The notes beneath the pieces are model-generated. The model worked only from the letters and a program-made list of their open reading frames with translations. It made no database searches and had not been told where the DNA came from. Below are positions 62,031 to 64,000 of a stretch of DNA of 64,000 bases, one piece after another (the first letter of the stretch is position 1; each line of letters opens with the position of its first letter). Source of the stretch: Pelomyxa schiedti (lineage: Eukaryota; Protista; Evosea); the NCBI GenBank assembly GCA_020536535.1, contig JAHLWZ010000511.1, forward strand, positions 4,735 to 68,734. The letters are read 5' to 3'. Both the position numbers and the translations under genes were made by a program.

Positions 62031-62260
62031 CAGTGCTCCCTCGGTTAACCGTACCAAGTTAAAACCCCAGTTAACAGTTAAATCAGGATCCCAACCCAGT
62101 TAAACAAATTAGCAAACATTTTCTGAGAAAAATCAATCACTTCGCTCTGTGTTTGTTAGTGCTGGTAGCATGTCAAAACGAGGACCTGCTGCAACGTCTG
62201 AAGTCAAGCAATATTTCCAACAGACCCCTGATGGTTGGAGTGCAATTATCGAGCTGACCC
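62031..62260 (+). mobile_element. Possible decayed hAT-like terminus and start of a BED-like ORF
   Basis: CAGTGCT start, clustered GTTAA motifs (62044-62103), then MSKRGPAATSEVKQYF from ATG 62170. Confidence 0.25.
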
Positions 62261-62759
62261 CTCTAACAAGTGGTAACCTCCTGCTGTTGGGGTGTGTTCC
62301 TGGAGGAAATTAAGGATGGTCATCAATACTCTTGATCTGTTAGATTTCTGATTTCACTGAACACAGGGTGGACAGTGTAAAGTACAGTGTCCAGAAGTGC
62401 GCCACTAGGAACCCAAGTGGCGCACTTTGTGTTTCAGTCAAAACCCTGTGGTTCAGGCTGTGTTTGGTGGATTCTAACTGCAGAGGAAGCCACTCAGAGT
62501 CTCAGTCACAACCCACAATTTGAGTTGGACTCTGGGCTCAAGTTTTACATTCTAGGGATAGAGCAAATACTGAATGTAAAGGTGACCCGTGGAAACAAAG
62601 GACCTGTGGGAGAACAAGAGTGGAAAAAAAAACCAAGTTATATATATATAAGCTGCAGACACAGGGCTTGCCGGATCTGAGTGACAACCGCAGCGATTTC
62701 ACGTTTGGTTGTTTCACAACAACCTGTTTCACTGTTGGGGTCTCTAAGTTTGTGAACGG

Positions 62760-64000
62760 CTGACAGTGAAGCTAGTAGAGGCTCGAAAGAACCATCCCAA
62801 CTCCAGGGCTGCGGCAACTCCAAATCTTGCTCATAGAGATAACACTGAGGAAAGGCCACCAACCTGGAGCCTTGAATTAGAGTTTCCCAATACACCAGTA
62901 ACCACCATCATAATGGAGTGGGTAAATGATGACAGTAACCAGAAGCTCACATTACCAAAGTTCAATCCTGATAAGATGGAGGTAAGGCAGTGGATCAGTA
63001 GAGTCAGACTTGCCATCCAAACATTCTCAGAGCGTCAGATAGTGCAATATATGCTGCACTGGAAGGAGAAGCTGCACAGCTTGTTATGTCATTAGCGGGG
63101 AGAGATTCTGTGACTTTCAGGGAGTACACAAATGCTGCTTGGGTGTGGTGGGAGCGTGAACCCACTAGACTAGTGGAGCCAGAGAGTCCTTCAGTGAATT
63201 TCATCAACCCAAATCTAAGGGGTTATCAGCGGGGATATTAGAGAAGCAGAGGTTGAACCCCTTACAAGTCTTCACGGGCAACACCTGTATACAGTGGGAG
63301 TAGATATGTAGAGCCAAGGGCACATACTGAGTACCAAACTAGCACCAGCTCAAGGGCAAATCAAGGAGGAAGTGGGTGGACTTGGCATAGCCCAGGTGGA
63401 AGAGGGTACCAGAGGTCAAGGTACATAAAAGGGAGTGCCCCACCACGAGGTCCTTACAGCAGAAAGGCATGTTTTAGATGCGGAAGTACGAGTCACTTAC
63501 AGAAGGAATGCCCGGAAAAAAGGGAGTATTCTGAGAAAGAGGAGAATAGAAGCTGACTCGCAGTGGGTTGTGATGACTGCACAACAAACATCAATCACGG
63601 AAAAGGGTCGAGGCCCAATAAGAAGCCTGCAATATATCAAAACGAAAAAACAAATAATGGCCACATACAAAAACATCCAAAAGCCTGTCCCATGGACAGA
63701 AGGGGATGATAATGCTCACACCCACATATGTAAAAGTTAAGGTCAAAGGACACCCATATGAAGTTTGCCTTGATAGTGGATCAGGTATGTCATTGGTTAG
63801 TAGAAACATATGTTTAGAGCTAGAAGCAAGATTTAGGTGGAAACTTCAGAAGAATGCGTTTAAACTTACTTATTTATTAGTTTCTAACCTAAATCAACTC
63901 TGGATCCTGGGCAATGACTTCCGCCATGAATACAAAGTAGGTATGCCCACAATTACAGAGATTGACCTCCCATGGGCAACAAAAGTCAAATGTCGATCGA
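62760..64000 (+). mobile_element. Decayed Ty3/gypsy-like LTR retrotransposon: gag and aspartic protease, frameshifted, running off the window
   Basis: LPKF...VRQW gag-like segment; CCHC knuckle CFRCGSTSHLQKEC (63470-63511); retropepsin CLDSGS (~63766-63783) and ILGNDF (~63904-63921). Confidence 0.85.

Noticed and set aside
62376-62745. 5' LTR and primer-binding site of the gypsy element
   Set aside because: A TG start and TATA-like tract are present, but there is no second LTR in the window and no clear tRNA-complementary PBS

Overview
Eukaryotic (protist) genomic DNA with many very short GT-AG introns (~40-60 nt) and four 100-N scaffold gaps. Intron size and the intronless 'RxQFxA' gene family suggest an archamoeba such as Pelomyxa, but this is inference only. 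Left part: a metallophosphoesterase 3' end, a frameshifted paralog of an intronless family gene, a ~1 kb foldback element, a 9.3 kb C1-domain DOCK/zizimin GEF, RPS28, and a bacterial-type CPYC glutaredoxin missed by the ORF track. At 16785-19869 is an intact Tc1/IS630 (DD34E) transposon whose 238-bp TIRs each contain a start codon, driving two convergent spliced genes: the transposase and a Cys-rich cargo protein. A Harbinger/ISL2EU-type transposase follows. At 24.6-38 kb is a dense conflict/immunity-like cluster: an HAE/PCxxC deaminase, a ~2675-aa beta-rich/coiled-coil/MORN/vWA protein, a kinase, a ubiquitin-like+Zn-domain protein, and a QACRG caspase with the Asp-pocket residues that carries the same Zn domain. 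39-53 kb is a degenerate ~6.5-7 kb tandem segmental duplication whose two copies reveal filled and empty MITE sites and an inversion. Right end: a DACR-type caspase homolog, a probable surface glycoprotein and a decayed Ty3/gypsy gag-protease.
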